From Actinomycetota bacterium (GTDB lineage: Bacteria > Actinomycetota > Thermoleophilia > Gaiellales > F1-60-MAGs149), in the NCBI GenBank assembly GCA_026392355.1, contig JAPLCF010000041.1, positions 204,716 to 268,715 on the forward strand: a DNA stretch of 64,000 bases, read 5' to 3'. Each line of letters begins with the position of its first letter. Position 1 is the stretch's first letter. Below, in pieces: positions 10,180 to 19,758 of the stretch. The position numbers were made by a program, and so were the translations under genes. The notes below the pieces were generated by a model. The model was given only the letters and a program-made list of their open reading frames with translations, was not told the origin of the DNA and did no database searches.

Positions 10180-12690
10180 ATGTTCGAGCGATTTACAGAG
10201 CGTGCACGTCAGGTCGTCGTCCTTGCGCAGGACGAGGCGCGTGCCCTCAAGCACAACTACATCGGCACCGAGCACATCCTGCTCGGCCTGCTGCGCGAGG
10301 AGGAGGGGCTCGCCGCGCGCGTGCTCGACTCCCTCGACATCACGGTGGAAGACGTGCGCGCCAATGTCGCGCGCATCGTCGGCCAGGGCGAAGAGGTGAC
10401 GACGGGTCAGATCCCGTTCACCCCGCGCGCCAAGAAGGTTCTCGAGCTCGCTCTGCGCGAGGCGCTGTCGCTCGGCCACAACTACATCGGTACCGAGCAC
10501 ATCCTGCTTGGCCTCGTCCGCGAGAACGAGGGCGTCGCCGCCCGCATCCTGCTCGACTTCGATGCCGACGCCGAGAAGATCCGCAACGAGATCATCCGCA
10601 TGCTGTCCGGTCCGGGTCGTCGCTCCCAGTCGGGTGGCGCAGCTGCGCCGGCCGGTGGTGGCTCGCCCGAGGCGAAGAAGTCGTCGAAGCTGCTCGATCA
10701 GTTCGGCCGTAACCTCACCAAGTTGGCGACCGAGGGCAAGCTCGATCCCGTCGTCGGCCGCCACACCGAGGTCGAGCGCATGATGCAGATCCTCGTGCGC
10801 CGCATGAAGAACAATCCGGTGCTGATTGGCGAGCCGGGTGTCGGCAAGACCGCCGTCGTCGAGGGGCTCGCGCAGCGCATCTCGAATGGCCAGGTGCCCG
10901 ACCTCCTCAAGAACAAGCAGATCTACACGCTCGACCTTGCTGCTCTCGTCGCGGGCTCGAAGTACCGCGGTGAGTTCGAGGAGCGCCTCAAGAAGGTCAT
11001 GAAGGAGATCTCGCAGCGCGGCGACATCATCCTGTTCATCGACGAGCTGCATAACCTCGTCGGCGCGGGTGCCGCCGAGGGTGCGATCGACGCGGCCAGC
11101 ATTCTCAAGCCGGCCCTGGCGCGCGGCGAGCTCCAGACGATCGGTGCGACCACGCTCGACGAGTACCGCAAGTACCTCGAGCGCGACTCCGCCCTCGAGC
11201 GCCGCTTCCAGCAGGTGCGCGTCGAAGAGCCGAGCGTCGAGGACACCGTGCAGATCCTGCGCGGCCTGCGCGATCGCTACGAGGCGCACCATCGCATCCG
11301 GATCACCGACGAGGCGATGGTCGCTGCGGCCGAGCTGTCCAGCCGCTACATCCAGGATCGCCACCTGCCGGACAAGGCGATCGACCTGATCGACGAGGCC
11401 GCCAGCCGTCTGCGCATCAAGACGATGGCCGCTCCGCCTGCCCAGCGCGAGCTGGAGGAGGAGATCGAGCGCGTCCGCAAGGAGAAGGAAGCCGCTATCG
11501 AGGGCCAGGACTTCGAGGCAGCCGCCAACCTCCGCGACGAGGAGCGCAAGCTCGCCAACGAGAAGCGCGAGGCTGAGGAGAGCTGGTCGGCCGGCGAGGG
11601 TGCCACAGAGCAGCCGTCGATCGGCGAGGAAGAGATCGCCGACATCGTCTCGATGTGGACCGGCATCCCCGTCTTCAAGCTGACCGAGGCCGAGTCGCAG
11701 AAGCTCATTCGTATGGAAGAGGAGCTGCACAAGCGCGTGATCGGCCAGGACGTCGCGATCGCCGCCGTGTCGCGTGCCATCCGCCGCGCCCGTGCCGGCA
11801 TCAAGGATCCCAAGCGCCCGTCTGGCTCGTTCATCTTCCTCGGCCCCTCGGGTGTCGGCAAGACCGAGCTCGCCCGCACGCTTGCCGCGTTCCTGTTCGG
11901 CGACGAGAGCGCGATGATCCAGGTCGACATGTCGGAGTACATGGAGAAGCACTCCGTGTCGCGGCTCGTCGGTTCGCCTCCCGGCTACATCGGGTACGAC
12001 GAGGGTGGCCAGCTGACGGAGGCCGTGCGCCGCAAGCCGTACTCGGTGATTCTGCTCGACGAGATCGAGAAGGCCCATCCGGACGTCTTCAACATCCTCC
12101 TGCAGGTGCTGGAGGAGGGCAAGCTGACCGACTCCCAGGGTCGGAAGGTCGACTTCCGCAACACCATCGTCATCATGACGTCGAACATCGGCGCCGCCAC
12201 GATCGCCAAGAATCAGAACTTCGGCTTCTCGCAGGCCGAGGACGAGAGTGGCCAGTCGTACGACGACATGAAGGGCAAGATCATGGGCGAGCTCAAGCGG
12301 GTCTTCCGCCCCGAGTTGCTCAATCGCATCGACGAGGTCATCGTCTTCCACAAGCTGTCGCGGGAGCAGATCCTGCACATCGTGGACTTCATGCTCAATC
12401 GCCTGCGCGAGCAGCTTGAGGTGCATGAGGTCACGATCGAGCTCACGGAGAGCGCCAAGGAACTGCTCGTCCAAGAGGGCTACGACCCAGCGATGGGCGC
12501 CCGGCCGCTGCGCCGTGCGATCCAGCGCATCCTTGAGGATCCGCTGGCCGACTTCGTACTCGCCCAGCAGATGCAGCCGGGCTCGACGATCTTGGTCAAC
12601 CGCAAGGAGGGCACCGACGAGGTGGCGATGGACATCGTCCCGCCGACGCCCGACGCGCCACCGGCGGATCTCGCCGAAGTCGGGGAGTAG
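10180..12690 (+). CDS. clpC: ATP-dependent Clp protease ATP-binding subunit ClpC
   Basis: ATG 10180 preceded by [44 protein letters not shown] (duplicated Clp N repeat), two Walker A boxes ([16 protein letters not shown]), UVR-like linker. Confidence 0.94.
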   Translation: MFERFTERARQVVVLAQDEARALKHNYIGTEHILLGLLREEEGLAARVLDSLDITVEDVRANVARIVGQGEEVTTGQIPFTPRAKKVLELALREALSLGHNYIGTEHILLGLVRENEGVAARILLDFDADAEKIRNEIIRMLSGPGRRSQSGGAAAPAGGGSPEAKKSSKLLDQFGRNLTKLATEGKLDPVVGRHTEVERMMQILVRRMKNNPVLIGEPGVGKTAVVEGLAQRISNGQVPDLLKNKQIYTLDLAALVAGSKYRGEFEERLKKVMKEISQRGDIILFIDELHNLVGAGAAEGAIDAASILKPALARGELQTIGATTLDEYRKYLERDSALERRFQQVRVEEPSVEDTVQILRGLRDRYEAHHRIRITDEAMVAAAELSSRYIQDRHLPDKAIDLIDEAASRLRIKTMAAPPAQRELEEEIERVRKEKEAAIEGQDFEAAANLRDEERKLANEKREAEESWSAGEGATEQPSIGEEEIADIVSMWTGIPVFKLTEAESQKLIRMEEELHKRVIGQDVAIAAVSRAIRRARAGIKDPKRPSGSFIFLGPSGVGKTELARTLAAFLFGDESAMIQVDMSEYMEKHSVSRLVGSPPGYIGYDEGGQLTEAVRRKPYSVILLDEIEKAHPDVFNILLQVLEEGKLTDSQGRKVDFRNTIVIMTSNIGAATIAKNQNFGFSQAEDESGQSYDDMKGKIMGELKRVFRPELLNRIDEVIVFHKLSREQILHIVDFMLNRLREQLEVHEVTIELTESAKELLVQEGYDPAMGARPLRRAIQRILEDPLADFVLAQQMQPGSTILVNRKEGTDEVAMDIVPPTPDAPPADLAEVGE

Positions 12691-12715
12691 CTCTCCGAGG
12701 CACCGAACGCACGTC

Positions 12716-12750
12716 ACTGAGCCCCGGGCAACCGGGGCTCAGTCGTTTCT
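12716..12750 (+). terminator. intrinsic terminator-like hairpin after clpC
   Basis: ACTGAGCCCCGG-GCAA-CCGGGGCTCAGT (12-bp stem, 4-nt loop) followed by CGTTTCT. Confidence 0.6.
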
Positions 12751-12757
12751 GGGGCCG

Positions 12758-13216
12758 TTAGCGGCAGGCGCGGCAGGCACCGCGCAGCGCGACGTCGTGC
12801 GCGTCCACGCGGAAGTCCACGCGGTCGGCGATGCGATGGATCGCCTCTTCGAGTGCGTCGTCATGAAAGGCCTCGACGGCGCCACAGCTTGTGCAGACCA
12901 GGTGGTGATGGTGCTCGCCGCCGGGATGGGTGGGCTCGAAGCGCGCGACGCCATCGCCGGTGTCGATACGCGTGACGAGGCCCATGCCGTGCAGCAGCTC
13001 GAGCGTGCGGTAGACGCTGGCGATACCGACCGTCGAGCCGTCCGTGCGCAGTCGGGCATGAATTTCCTGCGCGCTGGCGCAGCAGTCCTGTGCCGCGATT
13101 GCCGTCACGACGGCGTCGCGTGCGCTACTGCGGCGCGTGCCCTTGCGCGCCAGGGCATCCGCGGCGTGCGTGTTCCAAGATCCATGGTCGTGGGTGTGGG
13201 TGTGGGGAGTGGCCAC
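12758..13216 (-). CDS. Fur-family metalloregulator (probably Zur), with His-rich N-terminus
   Basis: GTG start. Winged-helix region SVYRTLELL...GLV. HHHHLVC..CG and C-terminal CRAC zinc sites. N-terminus MATPHTHTHDHGSW. Divergent from a ZIP transporter across a Fur-box. Confidence 0.85.
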   Translation of the reverse strand: MATPHTHTHDHGSWNTHAADALARKGTRRSSARDAVVTAIAAQDCCASAQEIHARLRTDGSTVGIASVYRTLELLHGMGLVTRIDTGDGVARFEPTHPGGEHHHHLVCTSCGAVEAFHDDALEEAIHRIADRVDFRVDAHDVALRGACRACR

Positions 13217-13232
13217 GACTTGCAGTTTACTT

Positions 13233-13251
13233 GATAATGGTTATCATTACC
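13233..13251. promoter_or_regulatory. Fur/Zur box
   Basis: GATAATGGTTATCATTACC matches the classical 19-bp Fur box GATAATGATAATCATTATC at 16 of 19 positions. Core TGATAAT-G-GTTATCA is palindromic. It is the only AT-rich patch in the 40-bp divergent gap. Confidence 0.65.
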
Positions 13252-13256
13252 GCGCA

Positions 13257-13982
13257 ATGATCGTCGTCCTCAAGTTCCTGCCGTTCTTCACGACCATGCT
13301 GGGCGGGTTTGTGGCGCTGCGCGCGCAACGGAAGCTGCACATCGTGTACGGCGTGGCTGCCGGAGCGATGCTCGGCTTGGTTGCCTTCCACCTGCTGCCC
13401 GAATTCGCCGAGTTCGATGGCCCGGCACTCGGCGGCGTCCCGCTCCCGTACATCCTGCTCGTGGGTGCGTTCCTCGCGATGTTCGTGCTGGAGGAGTTGA
13501 TCGGTCCGCACCCGGCGGATGCGGACGAAGGCGGAGAACACCGCCACCCGCATGTCGGGCTCGTCGGTGCCGGTGCGCTCGTACTCCACTCCTTCCTCGA
13601 TGGTCTGGCGATCGGTATCGGCTTCTCGGTCTCTGACGCGATTGGCATTGCGATCCTGATTGCGGTGCTCGCCCACGACTTTGCCGATGGCATGACGACC
13701 GCAGTGATCATGCGCCGACACGGCAATACCGCGGGGCGCACCTGGGCGCTAGTAACGGCCGGGGCGGTGGCACCCGTGATCGGCGCCTTCGTCGGCGGCT
13801 GGCTGGACCTGAGTGAGACCTGGGTGATCGGCTACGCCGGCTTCTTCGCCGGCACGCTGATCTACTTCGCGACGCGCGACTTGATCCCGGGTGCACGGCA
13901 GGGTGGCACGGCACGCGTTGCCTTCCTCACCATTACGGGCGGCGTAGTGCTGATGTGGCTGCTTTCCGCCGCCGGCATCTGA
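13257..13982 (+). CDS. ZIP-family divalent metal (zinc) transporter
   Basis: ATG 13257 within ORF 13137..13982. Multi-TM protein with HSFLDGLAIG, LAHDFADG and a His-rich loop (ADADEGGEHRHPH), typical of ZupT/ZIP. Confidence 0.85.
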   Translation: MIVVLKFLPFFTTMLGGFVALRAQRKLHIVYGVAAGAMLGLVAFHLLPEFAEFDGPALGGVPLPYILLVGAFLAMFVLEELIGPHPADADEGGEHRHPHVGLVGAGALVLHSFLDGLAIGIGFSVSDAIGIAILIAVLAHDFADGMTTAVIMRRHGNTAGRTWALVTAGAVAPVIGAFVGGWLDLSETWVIGYAGFFAGTLIYFATRDLIPGARQGGTARVAFLTITGGVVLMWLLSAAGI

Positions 13983-14100
13983 TTGCCGTCGTTGGTGCCT
14001 CTGCGGCGTCACGCGGAACACCGCGCCTGACACGCGTTTCAGCGCGTCTGGTAACAATGGCCTACAGCGCCCGATGGTCGGGCGGAGCGAGGAGCTGAGC

Positions 14101-15312
14101 ATGTCGCGCGATCCGAACCTGATGACGGTCTTCGGGGCTCACTGGTGCCCTGACTGCCGCCGCGTGCGCGGCTTTCTGACCGCGCATCACATTCCGTTCA
14201 ACTGGGTCGACCTCGAGGAGCACGAGGGCGCCACGGCTGAGATCGAGTCGATCATCGGCGGCAAGCGCCGCATCCCGACGCTGCAATTCCCCGATGGCAG
14301 CTTCCTGATCTCGCCGCCGAACGACGAGCTGGCCGACAAGCTTGGCATCACGCGTGCGGCCGCGATGGACACCTACGACCTCGTGATCGCCGGTGGTGGC
14401 CCCGCTGCGCTGACGACCGCGATTTACGCGGCGCGCGAGAACATGAGCGTGATCGTCGTGGAGAAGTCCGCTCTCGGTGGCCAGGCCGGCGTGACGGAGC
14501 GCTACGACAACTATCCGGGCTTCCCCGATGGTGTCGAGGGCATCGACCTCGCCGATCGCTTCGTGCGTCAGGCGGCTCGCTACGGCGTCGAGCTGCTCGA
14601 GTCGGTCGCGGTCGACACGATCACGCCCGTCGATGACGCCTTCGAGGTGATGACGAGTGCCGGCCAGCTGCTCAGCGCCCGCGCCGTGCTGATCTCGACC
14701 GGCTCGCAGTACCGCCGGACCAATGCTCCCGGTGAATCCGACCTAATCGGCGCGGGCATCCATTTCTGCGCGACCTGCGACGGCCCGTTCTACAAGGGCG
14801 CGGACGAGGTCGTCGTGATTGGCGGTGGCAACTCCGGCATGGAGGAGGGTCTCTTCCTCACGCAGTTCGCTAACCACGTCACGATCTTCGCCCGCAAGGA
14901 TGGCCTGACGGGGTCGAAGCTGTTGCAGGACAAGGTCAGCGAGCATCCGAAGATCGATGTCGTCTCGAACGTCGAGGTTGCATCGTTCAACGCCGACGAG
15001 CAGGGCCTGATCAAGTCGATCACGTTCCGCGATCTCGACTCGGGCGAGGAGCTGGAGCACGCCTGCAAGGCGGCGTTCCTGTTTATCGGCCTCGATCCCA
15101 CGACCGAGTGGCTCAAGGGCCTCGTGGAGCTCGACGAGCGCCGCTTCGTCAAGACCGATCGCAATCTCGAGACGAGCGTGAAGGGCATCTTCGCCGCCGG
15201 CGACGTGCGCGGTGGCTCAACGAAGCAGCTCGCGTCGGCAGTCGGCGAGGGGGCGGCGGTGTCGATCCAGATCCGCTACCACCTCAACGAGCTCGACGAC
15301 AAGCAGGGCTAA
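14101..15312 (+). CDS. glutaredoxin-like domain fused to thioredoxin-disulfide reductase
   Basis: ATG 14101 after GGAG. N-terminal ~85 aa with WCPDC redox motif (FGAHWCPDCRRVRGFL...IPTLQF). Then YDLVIAGGGPAALTTAIYAAR, redox CATCDG, NAD(P)H site VIGGGNSGMEE, C-terminal GIFAAGDV. Confidence 0.82.
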   Translation: MSRDPNLMTVFGAHWCPDCRRVRGFLTAHHIPFNWVDLEEHEGATAEIESIIGGKRRIPTLQFPDGSFLISPPNDELADKLGITRAAAMDTYDLVIAGGGPAALTTAIYAARENMSVIVVEKSALGGQAGVTERYDNYPGFPDGVEGIDLADRFVRQAARYGVELLESVAVDTITPVDDAFEVMTSAGQLLSARAVLISTGSQYRRTNAPGESDLIGAGIHFCATCDGPFYKGADEVVVIGGGNSGMEEGLFLTQFANHVTIFARKDGLTGSKLLQDKVSEHPKIDVVSNVEVASFNADEQGLIKSITFRDLDSGEELEHACKAAFLFIGLDPTTEWLKGLVELDERRFVKTDRNLETSVKGIFAAGDVRGGSTKQLASAVGEGAAVSIQIRYHLNELDDKQG

Positions 15313-15320
15313 CCGTGGCT

Positions 15321-15353
15321 CGGGTGTGCCCGCCGTGCCGGCGGACACACCCG
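15321..15353. terminator. GC-rich hairpin between convergent genes (no clear U-tract)
   Basis: CGGGTGTGCCCGCCG-TGC-CGGCGGACACACCCG: 15-bp stem with one mismatch, between the TrxR fusion (+) and the tail-collar gene (-). Confidence 0.45.
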
Positions 15354-15360
15354 GCACGCG

Positions 15361-15762
15361 TTAGGGGTGGACGGGCCAGGCGCCGTACACGCACATCACG
15401 TAGCTGACGCCCAGCGTCGGGACCGATGTCACCGTCTGCATCGTGGGGGTATCGCCAACCGCGAACGCCGCAGCTGGGCCGTTGGAGAGGATGACCTGCG
15501 CTGCCTGCCCTGTCTCACCCAGCTCGGTGAACGCACCCGTCGTTGGCTGCTGGCCGATGCCAACCGTCGTGCCGCCGCTCAGATTAGGCAGGTTGAACGT
15601 GGTCGCCCCGTTGCCGGCACCCTGGTAGTACGTGCCGATCAGCGCATAGAGGGCTGCATATTGCTCAATAGCGAATAGTTGTCCCTGGCAGGTCGCGTAG
15701 TTCACAGGTGCGTACGCGCCGCCGAAGGTGCTGATGGCACCGTAGAAATCATCTTCACCCAT
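15361..15762 (-). CDS. phage tail collar domain protein (MdpB/COG4675-like)
   Basis: ATG 15762 preceded by AAGGGAG. FGGAYAPVNYATCQGQLFAIEQYAALYALIGTYYQG.GNGATTFNLPNL.G resembles the tail-collar consensus (F.GNFAP.GW..C.GQLL.I..N.ALF.LLGT.YGGDG.TTF.LPDLRG). Confidence 0.75.
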   Translation of the reverse strand: MGEDDFYGAISTFGGAYAPVNYATCQGQLFAIEQYAALYALIGTYYQGAGNGATTFNLPNLSGGTTVGIGQQPTTGAFTELGETGQAAQVILSNGPAAAFAVGDTPTMQTVTSVPTLGVSYVMCVYGAWPVHP

Positions 15763-15763
15763 G

Positions 15764-16255
15764 TCAGGCTCCCTTCGCGGGCTTGCGGCGGTCAACGCTC
15801 ACCTGGTACGAGTTGTCGCCGATACGGACGATCGTGAGCGGGAAGGTCCGGCCGTTGATCGTGGTGGGGTACGTGCCCGTTTCGAGCGGCGTGCCCTTCG
15901 TGCGCGTCAGGAGCGAGGTAAACCCGCCGCTCCATTCGGCACTGCCGACCTTGGCGCCAACTGCGCTGCGGAGCGGCACGAGATCATCGACGCGCAGGGT
16001 CATCGTCTTACCGGTGGCCGGATTCCTGACGACCGCGATGGCCTTGGCTCGGTCGAAGTGCTTCCGGTTGTAGTCCGGATGCGTCGTGATCGAGAACTTC
16101 GTGGTGTTCCGCAGCGTGGTACGGACGGGGCCGGTCGCGGCTGCGGCGGTGCCGGGGAGCGCGGTGAGCGCGGCGACGCCGACGGCTCCGGCGGCACCCA
16201 GGAGCAGGCCGCTACGGCTCAGCCCCGGACTGGTGTCGTTCGGTGTGTGTTCCAT
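15764..16255 (-). CDS. hypothetical secreted protein, co-oriented and abutting the tail-collar gene
   Basis: 163-aa ORF with signal-peptide-like N-terminus (LSRSGLLLGAAGAVGVAALTALPGTAAAA). Its stop lies 1 nt from the tail-collar start codon. No recognisable domain. Confidence 0.5.
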   Translation of the reverse strand: MEHTPNDTSPGLSRSGLLLGAAGAVGVAALTALPGTAAAATGPVRTTLRNTTKFSITTHPDYNRKHFDRAKAIAVVRNPATGKTMTLRVDDLVPLRSAVGAKVGSAEWSGGFTSLLTRTKGTPLETGTYPTTINGRTFPLTIVRIGDNSYQVSVDRRKPAKGA

Positions 16256-16393
16256 GACACGAACGTACCACGTGTATTGCGCGGATATCCGTTCGTTGTG
16301 AGCCGCATTGCGTTGGTATCGCGTAAGCGCCTGCGCGTCGTTGGCGACTCCCCGTCACGCCGGCGCATCCGCGTGCGGCACTAGCCTCCAACC

Positions 16394-17734
16394 ATGGCCC
16401 GCACCGCGACCCGATTTACCTGCACCGCTTGCGGTGAGCAGACGCCCAAGTGGGAGGGGCGCTGCCCGTCGTGCGAGGCGTGGGGAACCATCCAAGAGGA
16501 TGCGCCGCTGGTCACGCGTACTGGCCGGTCGGGGCCGTCGAAAGCGCGTGAATCAATCGCCCTGGCCGACGTCTCGGCCGACGAGGCGATCCGCATCCCC
16601 AGTGGGCTCGGCGAGCTCGACCGCGTGCTCGGTGGCGGCATTGTGCCCGGCTCGCTGGTGCTGCTGGGTGGTGAGCCCGGCGTCGGCAAGTCGACGCTGC
16701 TGACGATGGCGCTGGCCTCGATCGCCCAGCGCGAGACCGCGCTGCTGGTCACCGGCGAGGAGTCGGCCGCGCAGGTGCGTTTGCGCGCCGAGCGCATTGG
16801 CGGTGCCGGCCAGATCCGCGTCGTCGCCGAGACCGATCTCAACGTCGTCGTGGCCACGATCGCCCAGGAGAAGCCCGCCGTGTGCGTGGTCGACTCCGTG
16901 CAGACCCTGTGGACCGCCGACCTCGCCTCGGCGCCCGGCTCGGTGTCGCAGGTGCGCGAGGCCGCCGGCGAGCTGCTGCGCGTGGCCAAGGAGCATGGCG
17001 TGGCGATCATCCTCGTCGGCCATGTCACCAAGGACGGCGCGGTCGCTGGCCCGAAGGTGCTCGAGCACCTCGTCGACGCTGTGTTGCTCTTCGAAGGCGA
17101 GCGTGGGGGCGAGTTGCGCGTGCTGCGCGCCGCCAAGAACCGCTTCGGCGCCACGTCCGAGCTCGGGGTCTTTGCGATGACCGGTCGCGGTTTGGAACCT
17201 GTTGAAGATCCGTCGGCGTTGCTCGGCCGTGACGAGCTTGGTGCGACGGGCAGCGTCGTGGCCTGCACGATGGAGGGCTCGCGCCCGTTGCTGCTCGAAG
17301 TACAGGCACTGGTCTCGCCTAGCGAGCTGCCGCAACCGCGCCGACTCGCCAACGGGATCGATCGCAACCGCCTCGCCATGCTGCTCGCGGTGTTGTCGCG
17401 GCACGCCAGCCTGGGACTCGGCTCGGCCGACGTCTTTGCGAATGTCGTGGGAGGCGTGCGCGTCGACGATCCGGCCGTCGATCTCGCCGTTGCGCTGGCC
17501 GTGGCCTCGGCAGCACGCGGCGTGCCGACCGGACCGATCGTCGCGATCGGCGAGCTTGGCCTGACGGGCCGTCTGCGTCCCGTCGGGCAGGTTGAGCGTC
17601 GTTTGCAGGAAGCCGCGCGACTCGGTATCGAGCAGGCGATCGTGCCGCCGGGAGCGCCGTCCGTGCCCGGCATCGTCGTGCGCACAGCCGGTTCGATCGG
17701 CGAGGCGCTGGCGCTCGCGCTTGGCGCCGACTAG
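16394..17734 (+). CDS. radA: DNA repair protein RadA/Sms
   Basis: N-terminal zinc ribbon (FTCTACGEQTPKWEGRCPSCEAWGT), Walker A GGEPGVGKST, KNRFG motif, Lon-like C-terminal domain. Confidence 0.94.
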   Translation: MARTATRFTCTACGEQTPKWEGRCPSCEAWGTIQEDAPLVTRTGRSGPSKARESIALADVSADEAIRIPSGLGELDRVLGGGIVPGSLVLLGGEPGVGKSTLLTMALASIAQRETALLVTGEESAAQVRLRAERIGGAGQIRVVAETDLNVVVATIAQEKPAVCVVDSVQTLWTADLASAPGSVSQVREAAGELLRVAKEHGVAIILVGHVTKDGAVAGPKVLEHLVDAVLLFEGERGGELRVLRAAKNRFGATSELGVFAMTGRGLEPVEDPSALLGRDELGATGSVVACTMEGSRPLLLEVQALVSPSELPQPRRLANGIDRNRLAMLLAVLSRHASLGLGSADVFANVVGGVRVDDPAVDLAVALAVASAARGVPTGPIVAIGELGLTGRLRPVGQVERRLQEAARLGIEQAIVPPGAPSVPGIVVRTAGSIGEALALALGAD

Positions 17735-17742
17735 ACCGCCGT

Positions 17743-18609
17743 TCAGCTGGCGCGCGCGGCGATCCGTACGGCGAGGCGACCCATTCCGGCCGCATCGCAG
17801 GCCTCGGCGCCCGCGGCCCAGTCGGGCTCGGCGCTTGCCGGCAACTCGACCGGCAGGGTGGACTGCATCGTGGCAATCACCTTGAAGGTGCGAAGTTCGT
17901 CGGCGGCGTTGTTGACGGCACGGGAGCGAGCGGGGGTGAGGTCGCCGGCGTGCGCGATCACGCCCTCGAGGTCGCCGTAGCGCTGGAGCAGCTCGGCGGC
18001 GGTCTTCGCGCCGATGCCCTTCGCGCCGGGGATGTTGTCGGAGGGGTCGCCGCGCAGCGCGATCAGATCGGGCACTTGATCGGGACGAATGCCGTAGCGC
18101 TCGACCACGCCATCGGGGTCCACGTACTCAACCTCGGTCACGCCAGAGACGGGGCGGACGATCGTGGTGCGCTTCGACGCCAGCTGGTACGCGTCGCGAT
18201 CGTGTGTGAGGACCAGCGAGGTGCCCTTGGCGGCCTCCTCGAGCGTGGCGAGCGTGGCACAGACATCGTCGGCCTCCCACGGCGGCACGCAGATCGCGGG
18301 AATCCCGAACGCGCGAATCAGGTCGGGTAGGGCGTCCAGCTGAGACACCAGGTCATCGTCGACCTCGCCGACGCGCTGCGCCTGATACATCGGCACCAGT
18401 GCATGCCGCTCGGACTCCTCACGGCTGTCAATCGCCACGGCGATGGCACGCGGCCCAAAGGCATCCCAGGCACCCGCCAGCATCGAGATCGTCCCCTGCA
18501 AGAGACCCACGGGACGGCCATCGCGCGAGGTGACGTGCCCAAGCGCGTAGTACGCCCGATGCGCGAGCGCATCGCCGTCGACGATCAGGAGAGGCTTAGA
18601 AGGCGCCAC
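17743..18609 (-). CDS. 5'-3' exonuclease (stand-alone FEN / Pol I N-terminal-domain-like)
   Basis: LLIVDGDALAHRAYYAL start, EADD, later L.GD.SDNIPG..GIG.KTA..LL H3TH motif. 288 aa, no polymerase domain. Confidence 0.82.
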   Translation of the reverse strand: MAPSKPLLIVDGDALAHRAYYALGHVTSRDGRPVGLLQGTISMLAGAWDAFGPRAIAVAIDSREESERHALVPMYQAQRVGEVDDDLVSQLDALPDLIRAFGIPAICVPPWEADDVCATLATLEEAAKGTSLVLTHDRDAYQLASKRTTIVRPVSGVTEVEYVDPDGVVERYGIRPDQVPDLIALRGDPSDNIPGAKGIGAKTAAELLQRYGDLEGVIAHAGDLTPARSRAVNNAADELRTFKVIATMQSTLPVELPASAEPDWAAGAEACDAAGMGRLAVRIAARAS

Positions 18610-18629
18610 CCGGTTACGATACCGGTCTG

Positions 18630-19697
18630 ATGCTGCTTGATCCTCGACGCAACCCGAAGCTCGCCAACGCCCTGCGGCTGCTCGCGCCGGGCACCGACCT
18701 GCGTCTCGGCATCAACGACATCATCAAGGGCCATCTGGGCGCGCTGATCGTGATCGCCGAGCCGGCCGAGATCGAGCCGCTCTGCTCGGGCGGACTCGCG
18801 CTCAACATCCCGTTCTCCTCGCAGATGCTCTACGAGGTCGCGAAGATGGATGGCGCGATCGTGGTCGACGCCGATCTTTCCACGATCCTCCGCGCCAACG
18901 TGCACCTCATGCCTGATGCGGCCATGCCCACGTCCGAAACGGGCACGCGGCATCGCACCGCCGAGCGCGTGGCACGCCAGACCGAAGCGATCGTGGTCGC
19001 GATCTCGCAGGAGCGCGACACCGTCAACGTCTACACCGGCGGGTCGCGCTACCAGCTCGACTCGATCGGTGATCTCCTGGCCAAGGCCACGCAGGGGCTC
19101 GCCACACTCCAGGGGCACCGCGCCCAGCTCGATCGCGGTGCCGATGATCTGACGACGCAGGAGTTGCGCGGCGATGTCTCGCTCGACGACGTCATCAATG
19201 TGCTTCAGCGCGCCGAGATGGCTGCGCGGATGATTGGCGAGATCGAGCGCAACGCGACCGAGCTCGGCCTCGACGGTCGTCTCGTCGCGATGCAATTGGC
19301 CGAACTGTCGGAGGGTGTCGTCGGCGAGCGTCTCGCGATCATCCAGGACTATCGCAACGCCGACATCACCGAGGGCAACGACATGGTCCTTGAGCAGCTC
19401 GCAGCGCTCAAGTACGGCGAGCTCGTCGAGCTCGAATGCGTGGCGCGTGCGCTGGGCTTCAGCGAGCGCACGGCGTTGGAACTGCGGCCGCGTGGCTACC
19501 GCGCCTTGGCGCAGGTCGCAACGCTGACGGAGGAGGAGACGGACCGCATCATCGCGGCCTTTCCCACGTACGACGCGCTCATGCGCGCCACGCTACGCGA
19601 GCTCCAAGCGATCAATGGCATTTCGCCGGAAGACGCGGCGGCCGTTCAGCAGGGGCTCCGTCGCCTGCACGATCGCCACCTGCGCACGGGCGGCTGA
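18630..19697 (+). CDS. disA: DNA integrity scanning protein DisA (diadenylate cyclase)
   Basis: LLAPGTDLR.G...I......GALIVI, YEVAKMDGAIVVD, LMPD......SETGTRHRTAERVA.QT, C-terminal HhH region. Closely parallels B. subtilis DisA as I recall it. Confidence 0.9.
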   Translation: MLLDPRRNPKLANALRLLAPGTDLRLGINDIIKGHLGALIVIAEPAEIEPLCSGGLALNIPFSSQMLYEVAKMDGAIVVDADLSTILRANVHLMPDAAMPTSETGTRHRTAERVARQTEAIVVAISQERDTVNVYTGGSRYQLDSIGDLLAKATQGLATLQGHRAQLDRGADDLTTQELRGDVSLDDVINVLQRAEMAARMIGEIERNATELGLDGRLVAMQLAELSEGVVGERLAIIQDYRNADITEGNDMVLEQLAALKYGELVELECVARALGFSERTALELRPRGYRALAQVATLTEEETDRIIAAFPTYDALMRATLRELQAINGISPEDAAAVQQGLRRLHDRHLRTGG

Positions 19698-19758
19698 AAC
19701 CTCCCCCATTCGGGGTCGATTGCGGTTATCCTTCTGATCCCAGCACGGAGGAGCGCAG

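Noticed and set aside
16256-16393. SOS (LexA/Cheo-box) operator upstream of radA. CGAACG ... CGTTCG and ACACG-N9-CGTGT symmetries were noticed.
   Set aside because: The spacing (more than 20 nt between the CGAAC and GTTCG halves) does not fit the CGAAC-N4-GTTCG or TCGAAC-N4-GTTCGA consensus. The short 5-bp symmetry is not significant.
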